From an uncultured Verrucomicrobiota bacterium (GTDB taxonomy: Bacteria > Verrucomicrobiota > Kiritimatiellia > CAIKKV01 > CAYSLU01), in contig CAYSLU010000021.1 in the NCBI GenBank assembly GCA_964431965.1, positions 1,698-65,697 of the forward strand: a DNA stretch of 64,000 bases, written 5' to 3'. Position 1 is the first letter of the stretch; each line of letters begins with the position of its first letter. The position numbers were made by a program, and so were the translations under genes. This document shows, piece by piece, positions 29,275 to 37,828 of this stretch. The notes beneath the pieces are model-generated. The model did not search any database, was not told the origin of the DNA, and saw only the letters and a list, made by a program, of their open reading frames with translations.

Positions 29275-30509
29275 CGCGGCTCTCCTTCCGGTGTCCGCCG
29301 GGTGATCTGCCAGGCGAGGGGGAACCAGCCGGCGATCGCCATGAGGGCGATGGCGGGCAGGGCCGGTGTGGGGAGGACGACGAAGCGAGCCGCGACGGCG
29401 AGGGCGATGGACGTGGCGCCCTTGGCGAAGCGGTAGGTGAAGGCGTCGATCAGTTCCTTCGCGCGGTAGCGGGCGTCGTAGGAGAGCGGCACGTAGAGGA
29501 GCTCCTTGGCCGCGCGGAAGATCGAGTAGTCGAGCACCTTGAAGGCGAAGTAGGCGATGCCGGCGGAGGCGAGCGACGGCCGGCCCAGCGCGCAGGCGCA
29601 GGCGGCTAGGTGGACGGCGGGGATGGCGAGGTGGATCGCGCGAAGCGACGCGCGGCGGAGGAGCAGGGGGGCGGCGATGAACTGGAACCCGGCCGCGGCG
29701 GCGTTGAGCTGGGCGTAGAAGCCCCCGAGCCACTGGGTGCGCAGGTCCTTCACCGGGAACGCCTGTTCGACAAAGCGGCTGAACTGCAGGTCGACCAGCG
29801 TCGAGACGATCTGCGTGGCCGCGACCAGGAGCGCGAGGTCGCGGAGCGTGCGGCTGCGCACCAGCAGTCCGACGCCCAGGTGACCGCCTTGTCCGCCTGC
29901 CTCGTCGGCCCGGGGCTGGGGCTCTCCGGCGATGTCGTACGCGAGGATCGCGAGCAGGCTGGTCGGCACGAGCGTCGCGGCCGCGAGCAGCAGCAGGTTG
30001 GCGCTTCCCAGCGTGACGGCGAGGGCCCTCACGAGCAGGCCGCCCGCGATGGCGCCGAGCGAGGCAATGCCGCAGACGGGCCCGTTCAGCCGGGCGCCTT
30101 CGTCGCGGCGGACCGAGCTGTTGATGAAGGACCAGACCTGCTCGACGAGCACCACGATGTAGGCCTCGCGGAACACGTACAGGGCGCCGGTGGCGGCGCG
30201 GCTGCCGGCCTGGATGGCGGCGAAACAGGCCACGAGCGCCAGGGCGGACCCGGCGGCCGTCAGCAGAATCGCGCGGCGGGCGCCGACCGCCGAGAGCAGC
30301 CGGGCGTACGCCCAGATGAAGGCGAGCGTTCCGACCGGCCCGAGCGCCATGACCACCGGCAGGCGGTCGGCCGTGTAGGCGCCGATGAAGAGCGATTGCG
30401 ACACGCTGCGCAGGAACTCGTAGCCGCAGAGGAGGAAGCCGGCCGATCCCCCGATGGCGAGAGCGGCTAGCGCGCGATCCCGGCGGATCCCGAGCCACGT
30501 GGCGGTCAT
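29271..30509 (-). CDS. NTT/TLC (Npt1/Npt2-like) nucleotide-transporter family MFS protein
   Basis: GYEFLRSVSQSLF, WSFINS, and DYSIFRAAKELLYVPL...RYRAKELIDAFTYRFAKG signature. Confidence 0.75.
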   Translation of the reverse strand: MTATWLGIRRDRALAALAIGGSAGFLLCGYEFLRSVSQSLFIGAYTADRLPVVMALGPVGTLAFIWAYARLLSAVGARRAILLTAAGSALALVACFAAIQAGSRAATGALYVFREAYIVVLVEQVWSFINSSVRRDEGARLNGPVCGIASLGAIAGGLLVRALAVTLGSANLLLLAAATLVPTSLLAILAYDIAGEPQPRADEAGGQGGHLGVGLLVRSRTLRDLALLVAATQIVSTLVDLQFSRFVEQAFPVKDLRTQWLGGFYAQLNAAAAGFQFIAAPLLLRRASLRAIHLAIPAVHLAACACALGRPSLASAGIAYFAFKVLDYSIFRAAKELLYVPLSYDARYRAKELIDAFTYRFAKGATSIALAVAARFVVLPTPALPAIALMAIAGWFPLAWQITRRTPEGEPR

Positions 30510-30555
30510 GCTCCCTCCGTGAGCCAGCAACCGAATCCGGCTTTGGCGCGGGCGG

Positions 30556-31371
30556 TCACTGCGGATGCTGCAGCGTGCCCTCGAATACGTGTACGGCGGG
30601 GCCGAGCAACGTGACGCACTCCGCGGTGTCGTCCGTCATCCGATAGTCGACTTCCAGCACGTCGCCGCTGGCGCAGGTGATGAGGACGGGTGTCCGGACC
30701 ACCCAGCCGAGCTTCCCGGCGATCAGGCCGCTGGCGACGACTCCGGTCCCGCACGCCTGGGTCTCGGCTTCGACGCCGCGCTCGAAGGTCCGAATGGCGA
30801 GCGCCTGCGGGCCGTCCACGCGGACGAAGTTCACGTTCGTTCCCGCCGGAGCGAATGCCGCATGGCGGCGCATGGCGGACCCGAATGCCGCGACATCCAC
30901 TTCGTCGAGGTCGTCGACCTCGATCACGCAGTGGGGGACGCCGCTGTTCACAAAGCTGTAGGTGATGCCCCGCCCGTCCCAGTCCAGCGTCTGGCGGAGG
31001 CGCCAATCCTTCGGGGGCGTCATCTGCAGCTGGACGCGGTCCCCGATGACTTCGGCTCGCAGCAGGCCGGCCACGGTGTCGATGGTCATGTGGCCGGGCG
31101 CGGCTCCGATCTCGTGGGCCAGGCGGGCGACGCACCGGGCGCCGTTTCCGCACATCTCGACCTCGCCGCCGTCCGGGTTGAAGAACCGCATCCGGAAGTC
31201 CGCCTTCTCGGACCGCCCGATGAGGATGACGCCTTCGCATCCGACTCCGGTGCGGCGACGCGAGATCGCCGCGATCCAGTCGCGGTCGTCAGCCGGGAAG
31301 GTCCCGGCCCGGTCATCCACAAGGATGAAGTCGTTGGCGGCTCCGTGCATCTTCCAGAAGGGGATCTTCAT
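30556..31371 (-). CDS. dapF: Diaminopimelate epimerase
   Basis: KMHGAANDF, EMCGNGARC, GVPHCV, TNVNF, ERGVEAETQACGTG. Confidence 0.97.
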   Translation of the reverse strand: MKIPFWKMHGAANDFILVDDRAGTFPADDRDWIAAISRRRTGVGCEGVILIGRSEKADFRMRFFNPDGGEVEMCGNGARCVARLAHEIGAAPGHMTIDTVAGLLRAEVIGDRVQLQMTPPKDWRLRQTLDWDGRGITYSFVNSGVPHCVIEVDDLDEVDVAAFGSAMRRHAAFAPAGTNVNFVRVDGPQALAIRTFERGVEAETQACGTGVVASGLIAGKLGWVVRTPVLITCASGDVLEVDYRMTDDTAECVTLLGPAVHVFEGTLQHPQ

Positions 31372-33506
31372 GGTGCTCTCTCCGGTGGTTTCTGGAGTTC
31401 GATCATATCGCTGAGGACCTGCAGGGTCTCGAGCAGAACCAGGTCGGAATCGATGCTCTTCGGTCCGGTGCCCTCCTCGTCGACCTCCTTTTCCGCATCT
31501 CCGAGGCGGCGCTCTTCGCGCGCCATCTCGACGCGCTCCTGAAGGTTCAGCGAGATCGTCTTCGCCCGCTGCATGGCGGCGACGCGCTCGATAAGCTCGC
31601 GCTCCGCGGCAAAGCGGGGGCTGTCCGCCCGGCGCGCCTCGGAACGCGCGCGCAGCAGCGGGATGGCCTGGCGGGGCTCGATCGCCGGCCGATACGGGGC
31701 GGGATCGACGGCCGCCCAGCCGAGCGCGTTCGGCAGGTGCTCCTCGCCGATTTCGAGGGCGTCAAGGGCGGACGACATGACGATGTCCGGGGTCACGCCG
31801 CGAAGCTGGGTCGAGCCGCCGGCTATGCGGTAGAACTTGGCGGCCGTAATTTTCAGCGAGCCAAGCGCCGGGTCGCGGCGGTCGAGCGGGACCAGCGACT
31901 GGACGGTGCCCTTGCCGTGGGTCTTCGCGTCGCCCACGATGAGGGCGCGACCGTAGTCCTGGAGGGCGGCGGCCAGAATCTCCGATGCGGATGCGCTCTG
32001 CCGGTTCACCAGCACGACGATCGGGCGGCGCCAGGCAACCGAGAAGTCCGGGTCGCTCAGAACCTGTACGCCGCGTCGTTCCCGGACCTGCACGACGGGG
32101 CCGGCGGCGATGAAGAGGCCGGTCATCTCGATGGCTTCGGCGAGCGAGCCGCCGCCGTTGTTGCGCAGGTCGAGCACGATGCCGACGGCGTTTGAAGCCG
32201 ACATTTCGCCGAGCAGGCGGCGGACGTCCCGGGTCGAGCTGCGGTAGTTCGCGTCGTCGTTCCCCATCCGCCCGGCCATGTCGGCGTAGAACGTCGGCAG
32301 GCTGATGATGCCCAGGCGCCGCACGATGCCGTCGCTGCCGCTCACGTCCCGGACGCGCGCCTGGGCGGCCTGCTCCTCGAGCTTGACCTCGTCGCGCATG
32401 ATGTCGATCCGGATGGTGCGGGACCCGCTGGCGTCGGCGGCCGGAATGACGGCCAGGACGACCTTCGTTCCCTTCTCCCCCCGGATCTTGTCGACGATCT
32501 TCCGGAGCGGCCAGTGGAGGATGTCCTCGATCTCGCCGTCGCCTTGCGCCACGCCGATGATCTTGTCGCCGTCCTTGAGGCGGCCGTCGCGGGCCGCCGG
32601 CCCGCCGGGGATGATGCGCTCGACCCTGGCCGCGCCGTCCTCGGTGCCCAGGAGGGCTCCGATGCCGACCAGGGACAGCTTCATTCCGATGTCAAAGTCC
32701 TCGGCCGTGCTCGGCGCCATGTAGTCGGAGTGCGGGTCGCACGCCTGCGCCCAGGCGGACAGGTAGCGCTGCAACACCCACTCGGCATCGCTGTCCTGGA
32801 TCACCGTGAGGAACTGCTTGTATCGCTTGAAGATGGATTCCTGCGGTGTCGGGGGGGGCGGTCCGCCGGCGGCCGGCGCATTCGTGCCCGAGGCGACGAC
32901 GTTCGTCAGGGCGGCCGGCGCATTCGTGGCTCCGGGCGATGCGGCGTTGGTGCTGGAGTTCCTTCGGGCGTTCTCCTCGGTGATGCGCTTGGACACCAGC
33001 TGGCTGACGTATTCGTTCTTGATCTTCCGCCGCCAGAGGTCGTTCCACTCGGCTTCGCTGGCCGGCCAGGCCGCCTCGCGGCGCTTCCACGCGTAGGTCT
33101 CCTTCACGCCGGCGTCGATCGGTTCGGCGAGCAGGCGCCGGACGTAGTCCACGCGGTTGCTCACGCGCTGCTGGAAGAGGGCGAACGCGGAATAGGCGAA
33201 GGCCATGTCGCCGTGCTTCATGCTCTCGCCCAAGGCGGCCCCCTCCCGGCGGAACTGCTCGATGTCGGCGGCGAGGAAGAACGAGTGGTCGAAGTCGAGC
33301 GCGTTGATGTAGAGCGCCAAGGCGTTCGTGGAGAGGTGCTCGTTGAAGGCCGGGCGCTCCAGATGGGCCTCCGGGAGCATGCGTGCGACCGTTCGGGCGA
33401 TGCGGCCGTACAGGGGGTCGGGATCCATCGGCACGCCGGGCGTGGCGGATGCCGCGCCGGCGCCGCCGAGCGTTAGAATGGCGATGGCTCGAAACAGGCG
33501 GTTCAT
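31368..33506 (-). CDS. prc: Carboxy-terminal processing protease (tail-specific protease, S41A)
   Basis: Signal peptide, DPHSDY, PDZ GIGA, DLRNNGGGSL, SASASEI, GKGTVQ, GVTPDI. Confidence 0.92.
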   Translation of the reverse strand: MNRLFRAIAILTLGGAGAASATPGVPMDPDPLYGRIARTVARMLPEAHLERPAFNEHLSTNALALYINALDFDHSFFLAADIEQFRREGAALGESMKHGDMAFAYSAFALFQQRVSNRVDYVRRLLAEPIDAGVKETYAWKRREAAWPASEAEWNDLWRRKIKNEYVSQLVSKRITEENARRNSSTNAASPGATNAPAALTNVVASGTNAPAAGGPPPPTPQESIFKRYKQFLTVIQDSDAEWVLQRYLSAWAQACDPHSDYMAPSTAEDFDIGMKLSLVGIGALLGTEDGAARVERIIPGGPAARDGRLKDGDKIIGVAQGDGEIEDILHWPLRKIVDKIRGEKGTKVVLAVIPAADASGSRTIRIDIMRDEVKLEEQAAQARVRDVSGSDGIVRRLGIISLPTFYADMAGRMGNDDANYRSSTRDVRRLLGEMSASNAVGIVLDLRNNGGGSLAEAIEMTGLFIAAGPVVQVRERRGVQVLSDPDFSVAWRRPIVVLVNRQSASASEILAAALQDYGRALIVGDAKTHGKGTVQSLVPLDRRDPALGSLKITAAKFYRIAGGSTQLRGVTPDIVMSSALDALEIGEEHLPNALGWAAVDPAPYRPAIEPRQAIPLLRARSEARRADSPRFAAERELIERVAAMQRAKTISLNLQERVEMAREERRLGDAEKEVDEEGTGPKSIDSDLVLLETLQVLSDMIELQKPPERAP

Positions 33507-33663
33507 ATGGCTTTCCGGCGACCCCTGCCGGCCACCTAAAGATTCAAATTGTGCCCCCGTTGGATGGCAAAACAAGCTATTTGTGGGCAAGCGGCACGCT
33601 TCGCATTGCCTTGGCCGCTCCGAACGGCTATGAAAGCGGTTCGCACACGCAACCGGAGAGATC

Positions 33664-34077
33664 ATGTCACTGACACGCTTCAGCGTATCGCTCGATGAGG
33701 GGCTGGTGCAGCAGTTTGACGCCAAGATCCGGAGGGATCGCTGTCCCACCCGGTCGAAGGCCGTCGGAGACCTGATCCGCTCCAGCCTGGTCCAGACAGA
33801 GTGGCAGGCGGGGGACGCCGTCGCCGGGGCCGTCGTGCTCGTCTACGACCATCATAAGCGGGACATCGTGCGGCGGCTGATGGAGGTCCAGCACGACTGC
33901 CACGACGTCATCATCTCGACCCAGCACGTCCATCTCGACCATGACAACTGCCTGGAGATTGTGGCCGTCCGGGGGAAGCCCGGCGAGATCGATGCGATCG
34001 TCAAGCGCCTCCGGTCGGTCAAGGGGCTGAAGCACGTGTCCCTGGCCGCGGGAACGACCGGCCGGCGCCTGGCCTAG
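33664..34077 (+). CDS. nikR: Nickel-responsive regulator
   Basis: RHH N-terminus RFSVSL..RSKAVGDLIR; YDHH, QH, HVHLDHDNCLE. Confidence 0.95.
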   Translation: MSLTRFSVSLDEGLVQQFDAKIRRDRCPTRSKAVGDLIRSSLVQTEWQAGDAVAGAVVLVYDHHKRDIVRRLMEVQHDCHDVIISTQHVHLDHDNCLEIVAVRGKPGEIDAIVKRLRSVKGLKHVSLAAGTTGRRLA

Positions 34078-34155
34078 CCGCCCCGGGGCCGCCGACGGGT
34101 TGCGCCATAAGAAAATGTTACCGATGCCGAGGAGGGGGAGACCGCTTCTTTTTGC

Positions 34156-34189
34156 TTGAGTGGTGTTACGTTGTAGTTATAAGTATTAC
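34156..34189 (+). promoter_or_regulatory. Putative NikR operator overlapping the promoter of the Ni ECF operon
   Basis: GTGTTAC-N13-GTATTAC (34163-34189) in an AT-rich patch, overlapping TTGAGT...TATAAG; resembles the GTGTTAC-N13-GTAACAC type NikR palindrome. Confidence 0.7.
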
Positions 34190-34241
34190 TGTTCTGTAGT
34201 GGCGCTCCGGAGGGCGAAGCGAGACGGAGGGACGGCGCCGG

Positions 34242-34524
34242 ATGCGGGATGGAAGGTGGCGGGGAGGCGCCGCTCTGGGGGGGGGTGCTGACCGTGTCGC
34301 GCGGCGCGGGCGAGGGGCGGACGCTGGCCATTGACGACGCGGTGGAGCGGTTCGGCGAGATGCGTGCGGGCCAGGTGATCGAGTGCGGGGGCGACGTGCG
34401 GCACCGCATGGGACGCCGATGGAGCCCGGGCGAGAGCCTGGCGCCGGATCTGGCCCGGGGGCCGAGGACCAGCTGCGAAGCGCCGGACTTCGCGGCGACC
34501 GCTGGACTGACCCGGGCATTCGGG
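34242..34524 (+). pseudogene. Probable decayed remnant of an outer-membrane beta-barrel 'transporter' gene
   Basis: GGAGG+ATG, frameshift in a G9 run, RTLAIDDA N-terminal-like motif, APDFAATAGLTRAF C-terminal-like motif, coding-like GC3, only about 95 codons and no stop. Confidence 0.4.
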
Positions 34525-34561
34525 GTCACGAACGACAACAGCCAGCAGCAGGAGACGGGAT

Positions 34562-35605
34562 ATGCACATGGCGGACGCTCTGATCTCTCCCGCCGTCGGC
34601 GGGGCTCTCTGGGCGGTTTCGGGCGGGCTGGTTGCCTTCTGCGCCCGGAAGGTGAAGCAGAGCCGCCGGGACAACCTGGTCCCCCTGATGGGCGTTCTGG
34701 GCGCGTTCATCTTCGCCGCGCAGATGATCAACTTCTCGATTCCGGGGACCGGATCGAGCGGGCACCTCGGTGGGGGGCTGATCCTGGCGGTTCTGCTCGG
34801 GCCGCACGCGGCGCTCCTGGTCATCGCCTCGGTCCTGACCGTGCAGGCGTTTTTCTTTGCCGACGGCGGACTGCTGGCCCTGGGCTGCAACATCTTCAAC
34901 CTCGGGTTCTTCCCGGCGTTCGTCGCGTACCCGCTGGTCTACCGAGTCGTGGCGCGGGATCAGCGGGGGACCACGCGCGCCTGGGTGGCCGCGATGGCGG
35001 CCGCCGTCGCGGGACTGCAGCTCGGTGCCTTTAGCGTCGTGCTCGAGACCCGGGCGTCCGGCATCTCGGAATTGCCCTTCCGCACCTTTGTCCTCATGAT
35101 GCTTCCCATCCATCTGGCGATCGGGGCGGTTGAGGGGCTGGCCACTGCGGCGGTTGTCTCTTTCGTGGCCCGCGCGCGCCCGGAGGCGCTGCAGGCGGCC
35201 GCGGCGCCACGCCCGGAGAGCATGCGGCCGGCGCTGCTCGGGCTGGCGATCGCCGCCGCTCTGGTGGGCGGCGTCGCCAGCTGGTTCGCCTCGTCACGGC
35301 CGGACGGCCTGGAAGGGTCGCTGGCCGCGATCACCGGCGAGGGCGAGCTTGCCGTTGCGGACGTCGGGCTCCGGAAGGGGTTGGCCGAGCTGCAACGCCG
35401 GACGGCCTTCCTGCCGGACTACGGGTTCCGGGCGCCGGAAGGCGGGCCCGGGGCCGTCGATGCGGCGGCCCCAGAGCCGGATCCGTGGCCCGCGGTCAGC
35501 GCGGGGACGTCCATCTCCGGGCTGGTCGGAGGGCTGATAACCCTGGCACTGGCCGGCCTGGCCGGGCTGGCGCTGACGGCGCGATCGGCCCGGCGGGAGC
35601 GGTAG
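34562..35605 (+). CDS. Ni/Co ECF transporter substrate component fused to PDGLE domain (NikMN/CbiMN)
   Basis: MHMAD N-terminus, GSSGHLGG, ADGGLLALG, FASSRPDGLE. Confidence 0.92.
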   Translation: MHMADALISPAVGGALWAVSGGLVAFCARKVKQSRRDNLVPLMGVLGAFIFAAQMINFSIPGTGSSGHLGGGLILAVLLGPHAALLVIASVLTVQAFFFADGGLLALGCNIFNLGFFPAFVAYPLVYRVVARDQRGTTRAWVAAMAAAVAGLQLGAFSVVLETRASGISELPFRTFVLMMLPIHLAIGAVEGLATAAVVSFVARARPEALQAAAAPRPESMRPALLGLAIAAALVGGVASWFASSRPDGLEGSLAAITGEGELAVADVGLRKGLAELQRRTAFLPDYGFRAPEGGPGAVDAAAPEPDPWPAVSAGTSISGLVGGLITLALAGLAGLALTARSARRER

Positions 35606-35630
35606 GCACGGAGGCCGGAAGAGGAGCGTC

Positions 35631-36437
35631 ATGGCGATTGCGGACTGGATCGAGGTTGGCCGCATGGACGAGCTGGGGCGAATGGACTCGCCGGCGCACC
35701 GGCTCGACGCCCGGGCGAAGGCGGTCGTTACGCTTGTGTTCGTCGCCGTCGTGATGTCTTTCCCGCGCCGCGAGCTGTCGGCGCTGACGCCGTTCCTGCT
35801 GTACCCGGTGGCGCTGCTCTCGGCCGGGCGCATCCCGGCCGGGTACATCGCCCGGAAGGTGCTGGTGGCGGCCCCGTTCGCCGTGGTGGTTGGCATGTTC
35901 AACCCGCTGCTCGACCGCGAGCCGGTTCTGGCGATCGGCCCGCTCGTGCTGACCGGCGGATGGATGTCCTTCTTCTCGATCCTGTTCCGCTTCGTGCTGA
36001 CGGTCGGCGCGGCGCTCGCGCTCGTCGCCTGCACCGGCATGATCGGGCTGGTCTCCGGCATCGAGCGGCTGGGCGTGCCGCGCGTCTTTGCCGTCCAGCT
36101 GCTGTTCCTGTACCGGTACCTGTTCGTCGTGGCCGACCAAGGGGTCAAGATGCGGCGCGCGGTCGGCCTCCGGTCGGGGCCGCTCCGCTCCGTGCCCCTC
36201 CGCGTCTACGGGTCGCTGATCGGGAACCTGCTGCTGCGGTCGATGGACCGGGCCGAGCGCGTGCACCGCGCCATGGTGGCGCGGGGATTCGACGGCGAGG
36301 TCCGCGTGCTGAGGCGGCCGGCGCCCGGGCCGGCTGACTGGGCGTTTGTGGGCGGCTGCCTGGCCCTGTTCGCGGTCGGTCGGGCGTGGAACCTGGCGGA
36401 AGCGCTCGGCATTCTTCTGACGCGGATGGCATCATGA
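35631..36437 (+). CDS. ECF transporter T component (CbiQ/NikQ)
   Basis: HRLDARAK, YRYLFV, RAERVHRAMVARGF. Confidence 0.92.
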   Translation: MAIADWIEVGRMDELGRMDSPAHRLDARAKAVVTLVFVAVVMSFPRRELSALTPFLLYPVALLSAGRIPAGYIARKVLVAAPFAVVVGMFNPLLDREPVLAIGPLVLTGGWMSFFSILFRFVLTVGAALALVACTGMIGLVSGIERLGVPRVFAVQLLFLYRYLFVVADQGVKMRRAVGLRSGPLRSVPLRVYGSLIGNLLLRSMDRAERVHRAMVARGFDGEVRVLRRPAPGPADWAFVGGCLALFAVGRAWNLAEALGILLTRMAS

Positions 36438-37198
36438 GTCACCACATCGTTGAGGTCCGCGATCTGTGCTACGCGTATCCGGACGGCACGGAGGCGCTCA
36501 AGGGCGTGTCGTTCCGTATCGAGCACGGCGGCGCGGTCGCGCTCGTCGGCGCCAACGGGGCCGGCAAGTCCACGCTGCTCCTTCACCTGAACGGCTGTTT
36601 GCCGGGCGCTCGCGGCGAGGTCCGGATCGGCGATACGCCGCTGACGCGCGAGACGGCGTCGGCCGTAAGGCGGTCGGTCGGCATGGTGTTCCAGGACCCG
36701 GACGACCAGCTGTTCATGCCGACCGTCGGGGAGGACGTGGCGTTCGGCCCGCTGAACGCCGGTCTGCCCCCGAGGCAGGTCGAGGAGCGCGTGGCGCAAG
36801 CGCTGGAGCGGGTGGGGATGACGCGCGTCCGCGAGCGCCCGCCGTACCGGCTGTCGGCGGGCGAGAAGCGCGCCGTGGCGATCGCGACCGTCCTGGCGAT
36901 GGCGCCGGGCATCCGGGGGAGGGGCGAGCCTTCGTCGAACCTCGATCCCCGGGCGCGCCGGCGCCTGATCGATCTGCTCCGGTCGTTCGAGCACACGAAG
37001 ATCATCGCGACGCACGACCTGGAGCTGGTCGTGGAGGTCTGCTCGCGGGTGATCGTGCTCGACGGGGGGAAGGTCGTGGCCGACGGCCCCGCCCGCGACG
37101 TCCTCAACGACGAGCCGCTGATGCTGGCGCACGGGCTGGAGCGGCCGCATATCCTCCGGCACGTCCATTCCCACCCGGCGGCTGAGCACGCGCACTGA
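36434..37198 (+). CDS. ECF transporter ATPase (CbiO/NikO); Walker B reads abnormally
   Basis: GANGAGKST, VFQDPDDQLF, LSAGEKR, ATHD; His-rich C-tail. Confidence 0.88.
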   Translation: MSHHIVEVRDLCYAYPDGTEALKGVSFRIEHGGAVALVGANGAGKSTLLLHLNGCLPGARGEVRIGDTPLTRETASAVRRSVGMVFQDPDDQLFMPTVGEDVAFGPLNAGLPPRQVEERVAQALERVGMTRVRERPPYRLSAGEKRAVAIATVLAMAPGIRGRGEPSSNLDPRARRRLIDLLRSFEHTKIIATHDLELVVEVCSRVIVLDGGKVVADGPARDVLNDEPLMLAHGLERPHILRHVHSHPAAEHAH

Positions 37199-37209
37199 GC
37201 GGGCCGGGG

Positions 37210-37785
37210 CTATCCCTGGGCCAGAATGAACCGGACCGCTTCGGGGAGCGTATCGAAGAAGCGGTCGGGCCGGGTGTCGCCCTCCGCCCACGGGTGGCCC
37301 GTGCGCACGAGCGCCGTGCGGAGACCGGCGCTCCGGCCGCACTCCGCGTCGCGACCCGTGTCGCCGATCATCCATGAGCGGGCGAGGTCGATCCCGTACT
37401 CCTGATCGGCGCGACGGATCAGCCCGGTCTTTGGCTTGCGGCAGGCGCAGTCCACGGCGTACTCGCGGTTGGGGTTGGGTCCGCCGGGGGCCGGGTGGTG
37501 CGGGCAGAAGTAGATCGCGTCAAGCCGCGCCCCGCGCTCGGCGAGCATGGCCGCGAGCCGGGCGTGAATCGCGTCCAGCTCGGAGATTGTGCACAGGTTG
37601 CGCGCGACCACGGACTGGTTGGTGATGACGATGGCCAGATACGCCGAGGCATTGATGGCGGCGATGGCGTCTGCCACCCCGGGCAGCAGTCGCAGGTCCT
37701 CGGGTCGCCGGAGGTAGTCGACCTCGACGTTGATCACGCCGTCGCGGTCCAGGAAGATCGCCCGCCGCTTCGGTGTGCCCGTCAT
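37210..37785 (-). CDS. gmhB: HAD IIIA phosphatase, D,D-heptose-1,7-bisphosphate phosphatase-like
   Basis: FLDRDGVIN, TNQS, CPHHP..CACRKP, MIGD. Confidence 0.8.
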   Translation of the reverse strand: MTGTPKRRAIFLDRDGVINVEVDYLRRPEDLRLLPGVADAIAAINASAYLAIVITNQSVVARNLCTISELDAIHARLAAMLAERGARLDAIYFCPHHPAPGGPNPNREYAVDCACRKPKTGLIRRADQEYGIDLARSWMIGDTGRDAECGRSAGLRTALVRTGHPWAEGDTRPDRFFDTLPEAVRFILAQG

Positions 37786-37828
37786 GTTGACTCCCGGCCG
37801 AAAGAGGTTCGTTGCGTGCCGCTTCCCG

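Noticed and set aside
34190-34561. Cobalamin or NiCo riboswitch in the long leader of the ECF operon
   Set aside because: Core B12-element motifs (GGGAA..GGTG.AA.TCC, GCCACTG) not found; CAGGAGAC is just the RBS. A NikR site and a gene remnant explain the region better
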